Below are positions 52,201 through 63,517 of a stretch of DNA of 64,000 bases, in pieces. Positions within the stretch are counted from its first letter, which is position 1, and every line of letters starts with the position of its first letter. Below the pieces are notes generated by a model that had not been told where the DNA came from, searched no databases, and saw only the letters and a program-made list of their open reading frames with translations. The stretch covers positions 86,800,001 to 86,864,000 of the forward strand of contig OZ260664.1 of the NCBI GenBank assembly GCA_965285935.1. Reading direction: 5' to 3'. This DNA comes from Ophelia neglecta (Eukaryota). The translations under genes were made by a program, and so were the position numbers.

Positions 52201-55200
52201 GTTTGTTCAGCATATTATTTTGATCTAGTTTATATCAATTACGTCACAATAAGGAACAATGGTTTGTCTAGAACTTCGAGAAATTCGGCACACATCTTCG
52301 TTCCTTCTAAAAGCCTACATTATAAACCAACCCCTATTTTTCAGCCATAAAATGCTTAATAAAACAGTTCCTACCGCCTCAAAATTTATAGGGTTATGAC
52401 ACAAATCAATCCCGGTAAAAGGGTATTTTGGGTTTATAATTTTAATTGGGAATAGTTAGTTGCTAAAATAACTACATGGAAAGGACAGTTTCAAACATGA
52501 CATTTCGGAGCGTAACTGTTGCAGACAAATATAAACCGAAACCTCAAACAAGTTATTCAGCACATGCTTTTAAATTAGCTCACATCAATTGCGCCAATAT
52601 TGGTAAAGAAAGTTTGAGAGAGTGGTCTTTAAACTAGTCGACTAGGTTTTTGTTATTTTAAGATAAATAATATGTCAAACCTACCCCTGCATGCGCATAT
52701 TTATTAAATCATAAAGCTTGTGGCCATGTTTTGGGGCACATGACACACTAAAAATACCATATTCTTTCGTCAGATGGAAGAATTCTCAATCAGTTATATA
52801 ATCATGTATTTTCAGATTTATTTTATTTTCTTACCTTTGTTACTTCCTGACCTCATTTGTGTATTCTGTTCGTTCATTTTTTTCCCTGGAAAACAATAAG
52901 TGAAATTGTGAAATTACTTAATATAATTAATGGATTCACGGCCAATTCTTCTAGCAATTATTCAACTATGTTTCTACTTAAGTATCACGAATCTTGGGGC
53001 CAACATCACAAGGTTACATAAGAAACTCACATTTTTCTTCTTCTAAAAGCCTACATTATAAGCCATCCCCTATATTTCAGCCATAAAGATTATTAATAAA
53101 ACAGTTACTACCGCCTCACTTTTATATGGTTGTAACACAAATCAATCCCGATACAAGTGCAATTTGGGTTTATAATCTTAATTGGGAATTGGTAGTTGCT
53201 AAAATTACTATATGGAAAGGACAGTGTTAAACATGACATTTCGGAGCGTAGCTGTTGTTGACAAATATAAGCTGAAACGTCGAACAAGTTGTTCAGCACA
53301 TGCTTTTGAACTAGGTCATATCAATTGCGCCAATATTGGTAAAGAAAGCTTCAGATAGTGGTCTTAAAACTTTACTACGTTTTTGGCATTATAAGATAAA
53401 TTATGTGTTGAATCTACCCATGACATTCGCATAGCATATTTATTACACCATTAAGCTTGTAGCCAGGTTTTGGGGTACATGACACACACAAAAATACCAT
53501 AATCTTTCGTCAGACGTAAGAATTTTCAATCAGCTTATATAATCATGTATTTTCAGATTTATTTTCTTTTCTTACCTTTGTTACTTCCTGACTTCATTTG
53601 TGCATCCTGTTCGTTCATGTTATTCCCTGGAAAACAATGAGTGAATTTGTGAAATCAGTTAATCTAATTAATGAATGCAAGGTTAATTCTTCTAGCAATT
53701 ATTCCACTAAGTTTCTACTTAGGTACCACGAGACTTGGGGAGACAAAATCACAAGGCCTACACATCTGTAGATAAAGTTTCATATTACATATTTAACAAG
53801 GCACTGAACACTGGACGAAGAATCATTCGTGGTGATTAATCACCACCCTGGTTTGACAGGCCGGTAAGGCTTAACTTAGCTTCTGTAATTTGTAGGGATT
53901 TAGATGAAATAAATTATGTCTGTACATTTTTGTTTACATATCAATGGAGTTAGAACTGATGCATGAGAATACAAAACTTTCTTTCCTTAATAAAATAAAC
54001 CAGGCACATTTTCTAACACTGCTCCGTCCTTTGGTCTTATGTCCAATCCAAGTTCATACCTATCTACTAAATTTATGAGGTAAAGGACCGTTTTCTAAGG
54101 TTTTCAATGGCAAAGGGCCGTTTACAAAATAATCCGGATCCTTCCATAGTTTGTTCAGCATATCATTTTGATCTAGTTTATATCAATTACGTCACAATAA
54201 GGAACAATTGTTTGTCTAGAACTTCGAGAAATTCGGCACACATCTTCGTTCCTTCTAAAAACCTACATTATAAGCCTACCCCTATTTTTCAGCCATAAAA
54301 TGATTAATAAAACAGTTCCTACCGCCTCAAAAATTATAGGGTTATGACACACATCAATCCCGATAAAAGGGTATTTTGGGTTTATAATTTTAATTGGGAT
54401 TTGTTAGTTGCTAAACTAACTACATGGAAAGGACAGTTTCAAATAATGACATTTCGGAGCGTAACTGTTGCAGACAAATATAAACCGAAACCTCAAACAA
54501 GTTGTTCAGCACATGCTTTTAAATTAGCTCACATCAATTGTGCCAATATTGGTAAAGAAAGTTTGAGATAGTGGTCTTTAAACTAGTCTACTAGGTTTTT
54601 GTCATTTTAAGATAAATAATATGTCAAACCTACCCCTGCATGCGCATATTTATTAAATCATAAAGCTTGTGGCCATGTTTTGGGGCACATGACACACTAA
54701 AAATACCATATTCTTTCGTCAGATGGAAGAATTCTCAATCAGTTATATAATCATGTATTTTCAGATTTATTTTATTTTCTTACCTTTGTTACTTCCTGAC
54801 CTCATTTGTGCATTCTGTTCGTTCATTTTATTTCCTGGAAAACAATAAGTGAAATTGTGAAATCACTTAATATAATTAATGGATTCACGGCCAATTCTTC
54901 TAGCAATTATTCCACTATGTTTCTACTTAAGTATCACGAATCTTGGGGCCTACATCACAAGGCCTACATAAGAAATTTTGTTTAACAATAAAACTAAACC
55001 TCCTTTTCAAGCAATGAACGCAATGCCAGGACAAACAAATTTATCATATTCAAAATCCACCTCCAAATATCAGAAGACCTTAAATAGAAAAAAACAGAAC
55101 TCATAACACTGAGCATAATGTCAACAGTATTAAACAGCCAGCTGCCAAACCGATCATAATAAATTTAACTTGCAGTCTGTAATCACAATCGGATAATTAT

Positions 55201-58184
55201 AAACGCTGCTCAAAATGATTCATATGAACTACATTTGCACATTAACAAACACAAGGAAAGAATTTAAACACGACAGTTAACCGCCGAAGTTCGCTACGTA
55301 CTGAGGGCGATAATCCTTTTCTAGATATTTGCTTATATGGGTCATTCAAAACTGCAAACATACATCGTCTGATGCATTTATGGGCAAATATATTATACTT
55401 CCTTTTAGATAATACAATTTGTTACCATTCCTGGAGGAATATATATGAAAATCAGAATAGCGAATGATTTGCAAAGAACTGTAGTAAACAGGTAGATGTT
55501 TTTAACCCATAATAAAATCAAAGAATATGTAGTTTATAGAGATCGTCAGAAATTGTCAGTCTTCGGTTTTTAAAGCTAAAGTACTGCCTTTCATAGTGGC
55601 GTAAGTATGGTAGGTAATTGAACTATATATACCCTCAACGCCTGCCGTCTCTATTAACGTGTGTTTAGGATGGAATCTCTGGTTTTTGTGATACCTAGTA
55701 GGACAACATATGTAACTACGGTAATAACTATGGCTAGTGTTTCAGCAGTGTATTCTTTGCCAAGAAGAGCAGTTTACCAAGTTAACAAATTGCATTTGGC
55801 ATGTACTGAATTCTTTATATAGCTCCTGGAGACTTGTCCCTTTCACTGCAACTGCCTACTTTATAGTGAAAAGCTGTCAGCCGTGTTCCTAAAATAGTGC
55901 CTACTCTGCAGGTAGAGGGAAGCGATTTACTGTGTGGATTCATAACTTGCCTTTCGTCATAATTTGGCCGATGTCTTCACCCTCCCCCCCCCCCCCTGCA
56001 ACACACACATACACACCCTCCCTTACACACACCCACCCATCCACACACACACAAACCCACACACACATACTCACATCCATTCGCCAAAGTGCGAGCAATT
56101 TAATACTAGCATTTTAAACCAGTAGCCCAATTTCAGTCTTTTTTGAGCAGGCAAATTATGACCATACATCCGTCTTAGATTCCCAGAAGGCACACTCTGT
56201 TGGAATGAGGAAAACTGGTTTATGTTGCCCTGAGAGGTGATTAATGCTGATAAAGCGTCGACCATCGTAGACTCTTCAAGGTCATATATGTTCAATGTTG
56301 ATCACTGACTGGTTTGTTTTGTGTTCTGGCCGGCTCGAGAAAATTATGTTTTCATTGTCTAGTATGTGCATTCCGAGTTTATGTACTAATTGGTAGCTGG
56401 ATATTAATTTCTTGATTATTGTGGGCTATGGCTGTTGGTTCCTGATGATTTCGGAGCGATTTAATGAACTCTTTTGGAATAATGATTAGGTTTGTCTTCC
56501 GGGTACCATTTCCGTTTAAATTGTTTACTGATGAAAGGCCATTGACCTTCAGAATGTTTCTAGAATGCACCATTAGCCGGCAAATTCGTTAAGATGACGG
56601 CCAATTACAAGATGGCTACCATTTTATCATGAAACAATAGAAATATTTACGCAGCCTCAGATAGATAGAGCACCATGTTTTCCTGAAACTTTCTAAAAGT
56701 ATTCACAATTACTTTTGAATCCCAAACATATGTAAATGAGGCATGATTGCAAAGTTACGGTCTCATTTAAATACGACACAAATGGGACTGGAAACCCATA
56801 AGATAAACGTAAATCAGAAGTCAGAAATTTATCCATTAGTTCCCAATTCATCAGTTTCTGGTTCTCATTAAATTCCCCGTTCCGTAACAAAACAAATAAA
56901 ATCTAATCACAAGCAATGAAATTGTTCCAAGGCGTGATTCAATTAAGCAAAAATATGTTTGTGGTCGAAGTACGATGAAAAAAAGGATATAAAATTATAA
57001 GGCTCGACACATTTTTAAAAACCCGTTTTACCTATGTATTGACTCACTTTTTCCAACTTTTTATCAACCTCTACTCATGCTTTTCATTCAGAACAAACAT
57101 ATCTGATCCGTACACCAAGGAAGTCTGTACACAATGAAGCTAACAATCTAAGATTAGAAACACGCTATAAAAATCATGAAACAGACAAATTACACTCCCC
57201 TCTTCGGTACCAATATATACCACACCAAGAATAAATCTTCGTAATTCTTGGGTATTTATAAAATAAGTCATGAATAATAGGAAAAACAGCACCCATATTT
57301 TGCTTATTTAATATTTGAATACATGCATTGTGATTTATTAATAATAACCCGTCGAATAGTACGTAAAGAACGCAGAATGATGACGTAGGATGATCAATTA
57401 CAATTATTGGGTGAATATATAGCAAACTGCATTTCGCCAAAAGCAATACACGTTATACATACACATAATGTTATGTTACGCGAGAGAGCCATTTTTCATT
57501 CTATTGTTCTGAATTACAAATAGAAGTGCAATACGTAAAGACATAGTATTTACCTATTTTTTTTTCAAATCAATTTAATTTATTCAATTGTAATATTATA
57601 TACACTGTTCATTTATAATACTTCGTAAGTTTAGAATTATTAAAACAGCAAAAGAAAAAGAAAATAGCACAAATATAATATAAATAAAAAGGACTGAAAG
57701 CTTAGAGCTTATGTGTCCCTTCCATATCACTAAACAGCATGGCGAAAATTGTTACATGCAGTGTGAATGTGCTAATATGTACAGACAGATAATCGCAGAA
57801 ATTCATTCACGCTTACTAAAAAAAACTCACTACATTACTTACTTGATGTAAGGCATAGTATAATCAATGATGCGATCACTGCGACGCCGATTATACCTCC
57901 AATCACACCGCCGATGATTTTACCGATCTGACTTTCATCTAAAACATTAACCCATAACTTAGTTGAGCGGCAGGTCGTTCACAAAGGAAAAACCCATACA
58001 AATTAATCGCATATGCGCTATGCAAGAATCCCCAGAAAAACATTGCATTTGGGGATATTGATATAGAGATAGTTACAACAACAGAAAAAGCCAGCGCCTA
58101 TAATAGACTTACCAGGTACCGTGGTAGTTTTCAAATCAGGTATATTGGTGGAAGGATTTAGCGTCGAGGTGATTGAAGTGCTAT
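43249..58184 (-). CDS. Gene 2 (3' part): type I membrane protein with Ser/Thr stalk, TM, and cytoplasmic tail of repeated phase-1 mini-exons; integrity uncertain
   Basis: Stalk exon 58113-58184, TM exon 57843-57938, ten 51-nt exons in 46498-54834, diverged 51-nt exon 43592-43642, terminal exon 43249-43274; all phase-1 compatible; connectivity is inferred. Confidence 0.55.
43592..43642 (-). CDS. Gene 2 diverged 51-nt exon (ENTMDHTDKPHTSVDGK)
   Basis: TTTTACAG acceptor, AG|GTAC donor, phase 1-1; shares N2, M4, D8, S13, K17 with the array exons. Confidence 0.6.
44040..44700 (+). mobile_element. Old L2-type RT fragment
   Basis: Decayed GVP..LGP, HSDDAQ (YADDTQ-like) and SRLDYC motifs. Confidence 0.6.
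46498..54834 (-). CDS. Ten 51-nt phase-1 mini-exons (G[NK][NK]MNEQ[DN]AQM[KR]SGSNK)
   Basis: 46498-46548, 46815-46865, 48022-48072, 49565-49615, 49882-49932, 51092-51142, 51627-51677, 52835-52885, 53576-53626, 54784-54834; each has TTGTTTTCCAG and AAG|GTAAG and no stop or indel. Confidence 0.65.
48411..49417 (-). mobile_element. 5'-truncated RTEX-like LINE inserted in the tandem array
   Basis: MVYGELGRHP..FRLSNHKLPVETGRY..CNKC..EEFHIFIEC; tail (AATAAAACTTG)n near 48415-48445; interrupts ACATTCG|CATAGC of the repeat. Confidence 0.88.
57843..57938 (-). CDS. Gene 2 transmembrane exon
   Basis: DESQIGKIIGGVIGGIIGVAVIASLIILCLTS; TTTTAG acceptor, GTAAGT donor, 96 nt phase 1-1. Confidence 0.8.
58113..58184 (-). 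CDS. Gene 2 Ser/Thr-rich stalk exon
   Basis: DSTSITSTLNPSTNIPDLKTTTVP; TTTGCAG acceptor, G|GTAAGT donor, 72 nt. Confidence 0.75.
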
Positions 58185-58822
58185 CTGCAAATAAACAATT
58201 ATGGAAATGAAGAATTCTCACCCACATACAGTTGGCTTCAACAGTTTCTCATATTGTTGGAAGTTGGTCAAAGTGTACAAATTGGAAAAAGAAGGAGACT
58301 GTACTTGGTACTGGTCGCACACTTTGTAGTCGTTCCTATGGATATTCAGCATACATGCTTTAGTTTAATATAGATATTGTCATTCTAGCAAAAATGGTTT
58401 AAATGAATATATACCTATATGGATTTTCGAAATGCCAAAAAACATTCAAACCAAGTCAAATATTAATGCCCCTAAAGCATCACATGTGTACCAAGTCTCC
58501 CACTTTCCGCTATTAATCATACACTGGCTAGTATAATGATATAACCAAGTCGCCCACATTTGTAACCAGTCTCCAAGTGAACATATATCTTATGTCAAAT
58601 TTCAAACTGTTTGTATTTAACACAAACCAACTCTATATCAAATGTGACCTGTTAAATGTATTAAAAGTGAAAACGCCCACATTTGTACCAAGTCTCCCAA
58701 AAACATATATTTCATCAATTTTAAGTATATTAAGTCCAAGCTAACTCACCCATACTTGTAAATATCGCGTTTAATTTTATATTTACTTCTTTATTAAAGA
58801 ACATTTAATAAACATAACAGAC

Positions 58823-61800
58823 GTTTGTTTGATTGATTGATTGATTGTTTTATTATCCTCAACTCAATGAGAGCATTACATTCAATGCAGTAATTCAAAC
58901 AATGTTAACAAGCATAGTTATGTAGAGGGTGAAATATATATACAACAATAATACCGATGCCTACATCGGCGATTCAATCAATGTAGGTACGCTCCAATGG
59001 GTTCACATAACTATATGTGTACATTGATTTACAGAAAAGCCCATAGAATATACACACTTGCTTCAATATAGTATCCAGATCAGATTTATCCATAACTATG
59101 CAACTTTCACCGCCTAAAAGAGTAACAATCAGATCTATATCTACCAAGTGATCCAACTTTACGTAAGTATCCACATTAATTGAGTTACACAGCTCTGTCC
59201 AAAATAGGAGACGCACGTCTGCTAACAAAACACAACCACCTTCACAAAACAAATGACTAAATGGACATAGTACCTCAGATTTACACAGGGCGCATGATAC
59301 TTTTAAACTGTTGTTGTATAAAAAGAAGAGCCACAGTAGGTTAATTACGCGGTTCTGTAACTCTATATTCCGTCTAGCAAACTGGTACAGAACAATTGGA
59401 GACAACTCTTCCCCATAAGCATAGTTATATACGTGACACCCGGGTTTGTTTGACATCGAAAAAGCCCACTGATGTGTTTCTAAAGCACAGATTCCCTCAT
59501 TTATTATCAATTTCCACTCGGATTTCGATGGAAAACTACCAGCATCACAGTATACATGTAAGTATTCCGACAATTCATATTTCTTACATACATTAAAAAT
59601 ATCAGAAACAAAACCATTGACTTTCAAACCTTTACGTGATCTCTCCAAGTATGATCGCAATCTAAGGTTAAATACATCTTTTGCCAAGTGGTTTTCTGAC
59701 AAGTTACACAATTTATTTAAAAGCATCAATTTCCTATTCTCAATTATGCTTTGAATAGACATCCACCCAAGCATACCCCTCGCAATTTCATCATGCATTC
59801 TCAATGGGAAGCCCTGTATGCTTTTCGCGATGAACTTTTGAGTTCGTTCCAACTCTTGCAGTTCCTGTGGAGATAGGTCATTCCACAGTTCGGCTCCATG
59901 GAGAAAGGAGGGGATGCAAATTTTAGTCCAGAGGCCGGCCGATGTGAGTGGGTTCAGGCATGTGGGTTTTATGCCCACTGCAGCCATGCCTGCCATTTGT
60001 CTCCCCGTTTTACACGCCTCCGTTGTTCTCAGAGAAGACGATAAGTACGAGCAGAGGGTAATACCCACGTGGGTCTCGTGTGTGACCTCTTCCAGATTCT
60101 CCGAGTATAGCTTCCACTGGCGCAGTTCCATGTTCTTGGCATTACTGATTTTCTTCTCACCAAATACTAATACTCTGCTTTTAGCTACAGAGAAGCGTAG
60201 GCGCCACATTCTTGAGTACAAATCAGCGGAGTCCAGCATTCGCTGCAACCCTGAGACGGTTGGGGACATCAGGGCGGTATCGTCTGCTAAGGTAGGTGAG
60301 CCCACGTCTATGCCATCTACGACTAGCCCATCTCCGTTACTTCCAACGTGCTCGTGTATGTCCATGTAGGATACAGAGTACAAAACATGGAGAGCATGTC
60401 TCCCTGTTTAATACTACGAGATATTGGAAACTCATTTGACATTGAGCCGCTGACCAGTACAGACATTGTAGATCCAACTAGGGTCATTCGGATCAGATGC
60501 CAAAGTTTACCGGTGACACCTAACCGGAAGACCTTCAGAAGAAGGCCATCCCACCAGACACGATCGAACGCCTTTTCAGAGTCCAGCAGGGCCACATAAA
60601 CCTTGCTTCCCCTTTCTATAAAGTGGTGAATGGATTCTTGAACAAAAAATGACAACATTATATTGCTGGATTCCTTTTTCGAGTGCTGTAGTTTGCATGG
60701 AAATTGTATGTCATGGAGAAGTGGTTGCCATCTGGTCCATATCAGCTTTTCGTCAATTTTATAATTGTTGGTAATAGCGTGATACCTCTATAAGAATTCT
60801 TGTCTGTTTTCTGTTTGTTTTTACCTTTGTACATGGGAATAATCACTCCAAGCTTGAAGGCCTTAGGGATGTATACAGCAGAAGTCATTTCGTTGAACAG
60901 ATGGCATAGCATCCGTACACAGATCGGACTGGCGTATTTTAGATGTTCGTAACGAATATTGTCCCACCCCGGTGCTTTACCATTGGGAAGGCCTCTAACA
61001 GCAGTCGGGATTTCATCCGCAGTTATGGGCGCCTCAAGGATTTCGAGCGTGTCCGTCTCCTTGCTCTGTGAGGTAAGCAGGGCCTGAACCTCCTCCTTTA
61101 CGGTAGCTGCGAACACTTCGTCATAGTCACACGATTCACAGTGTTGTTCATTGAGAAGCTGGTTAAAATGTTCTCCCCAAAAATCCCGCAGTTCCACAGG
61201 TGTACGGTAGGTAGCATCCCCGTTTTTGATTAGGTGTAGAGACTCTGGGGTCTTACGATTTCTACGAACATACCTCCAAAAGGAGCGGAGGTCGAATTCA
61301 CTCTGGTGTTGGGCTTTCTCGTAGCGTTCATGTTGACGGCTGTTAGACTTGGCATATTGTTTTATTCGAAATTTCGTTTTTGCCGACTTGTATTCCCTAT
61401 AAGAATCATATTCCGGACCTCTGGGTTTACCTTCTTTAACCCACACAGTGCGTTTTTGTAGCTGAAGTTTGTGAACCAGTTCTAGCGCGTCATCCCAGTA
61501 GTCGTTCTGATACGACTTTACAGCGTACTTCGGAACAGCACAATCCGACGCTTTTATCAGAGCATCACTAAGGATGTTTGCCAGTTCGTCAATTTTCTTT
61601 TCAGGTAGGTTCGTTTCTCCAAGTTGGTGTGTCATAAGTATATTATCCAAAGCTTGGGTATAGGCTAATTTATTAATTTTACCCCAATTTAGGTTGATTC
61701 TCTATGCACAGGTATGCCTGGGAAGGTGACATGTGACTTTACAGTATACAGGTAAGTGATCTGATGTATTCAAAGTATCCAACATTACCTTACAACAACT

Positions 61801-63517
61801 AACATCCGGTATCAACTGCTCTGGGACACATATGTGGTCAATCATGGTATATTGACCTCTGTTATGGGATAGATGCGTGTACCGTGGCCCGGAGCAAATA
61901 GACAAGTCACACACAGTATTACATCTACAATTCTCAAGAAGCGACTGGAAACCCGCAACCCGTTTTTCGACACCACTGCCATTTTCCAAGTACATGTTTA
62001 AACTTTGTGAGTTAAAGTTGCCAGCGAACAGTACAATCCCAACTTGTTCATAATATGTATGTACATTAACGACACTTTGAAGACAAATGTCATATTCATC
62101 TCTTGAGACAAATCAGTGCTCGGCATATAAACATTAAACAAATAAACATCTTGCGTACCAATAGAATGGGACAGACAGATACCTATGATGCGATCATCAC
62201 CTACATCATGCAGTTTTGAGACAGCATATGCTATGTCATTTCGCCACATTATGGCTACGCCACCAGCTCTACCATGATTTAGAGACTCCATTCGTCTATC
62301 TACACGAGCGAATACATTAAATCGGGGATCTTACATACTTAAAAATGAGAATGTTGCATCATTGAGATGGTGCTCTTGTAGACATAATATGTCACACTTG
62401 TCTAGCAGAGAACAGATATACGTCGCTGAGGCCATAGCACCCCAACAGTTAAATGTGATTACACGTAACGAATCCATATTTACAGCAATACACACGAAAA
62501 ACATACAATATGCAATATTCAGATTCATTTCTCTCATCTTAAAATACATTAACTTTTCATTTCATAAGACCATGGCCTTATTTTCACGCCTTCTGGCCAA
62601 AATAGTTCGTTTCCTACCGATTCAGCATCGTCAGGTTTAACATTTATTTTGAAAGAAAGATAACGACCAGTACTTTTTAGCATTTTGCTGTAGGTAATAT
62701 GAATTCCTTTATATTCTAGATGGTCTTTGACTAGTCTATATGTGTGCTCTGCATTAGATTTCAGTCTAATGCTCCCAAGATAATAAGCTACACTTCTTTC
62801 CTTTCTGCCGATAACTGTGAAGCCCTCCAGGTTCTCATCGTGGTCTTTTTCAGAAGCACTTTGGTAACCATCTTTATTCTTGCGAGTGATGAGTTCTCCT
62901 AGTGGGGTTCCATCTACATTTACTCGACAGTAGTCGTATGTCACGGCTCTGTAGTGCTTGAGATCAGCCGCCGCGAACCTTTCGCACATGGTTTTGACGA
63001 ACTCTTCCCTTGGTAGGTGACCAAACTTTTCCTTAATAGTATTGATAATGTCCTCTTCAGTTTGGGTCGGTGTGAAGACTTCATCTTCGCTCTCAGACAT
63101 AGTGCTCGCTGACGGGACACCACTGGTACTACTAGGGATATCAATGGAGCAGAACCTCCATGGACGATACTACTAGTCCGTTTACTCGGCCAGCCGGCTT
63201 TCACACCTTTCACCTTTCACCTCCGGGGTCCACCGACGGACGGCTTTTACAGTTTATCACAGCAAACAACTTGTATTATTGCTGTTTCTTGGGCGATAAT
63301 ACAACGCCTGAACTTGGATATTTAATAAAGTTCTTAAAATACCTATAATGTGATCATTTCTTAGGTACCAAAATGCGTCCTCCTTTTCCGCAAGTTGTTC
63401 CGTGAAAGGCTGTCACAGATCTGTATATCTTTAGACTGATATATGATGGAGAAAACTCAGGTTTTCTACGAGCCGCTATGGAATGAACCAGTCATCGCGT
63501 AACCCGTATACATCAGT
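58823..63517 (-). mobile_element. Near full-length non-LTR retrotransposon (ORF1 + APE-RT ORF2; clade uncertain, RTEX-like), frameshifted
   Basis: ORF1 62549-63100; APE (TFNCWG, LCLQEH, VYMP, IDH, SDHLPV); RT (KAPGWD, YRGITLL, DSEKAFDRV, KQGDMLS, LADDTAL); AATAAA and (AATC)n tail at 58823-58853. Confidence 0.92.

Larger units (their letters stand above)
45931..54974. repeat. Complex tandem repeat (about 1.95-kb higher-order unit, A-C-B subunits, about 4 copies) carrying mini-exons
   Basis: Marker ATGGCAAAGGGCCG at 47346, 50416, 52159, 54107; periods 3070, 1743, 1948; A and B subunits (about 0.7 kb) are paralogous. Confidence 0.95.

Noticed and set aside
47346-54571. Repeated + strand ORFs (MAKGRLQNN.., MCILFVH..)
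   Set aside because: Short, no recognisable domain; they recur only because the DNA is repeated. The convincing splice signals are on the minus strand.
45931-54974. CRISPR-like or prokaryotic repeat array
   Set aside because: Units are kb-scale and near-identical with no unique spacers or cas genes, and the context is intron-containing eukaryotic DNA.
58222-58335. Extra gene 2 exon upstream of the stalk exon (NDYKVCDQY..PTVCG)
   Set aside because: The implied intron is only 37-45 nt and the phase does not match the main acceptor; unresolved.
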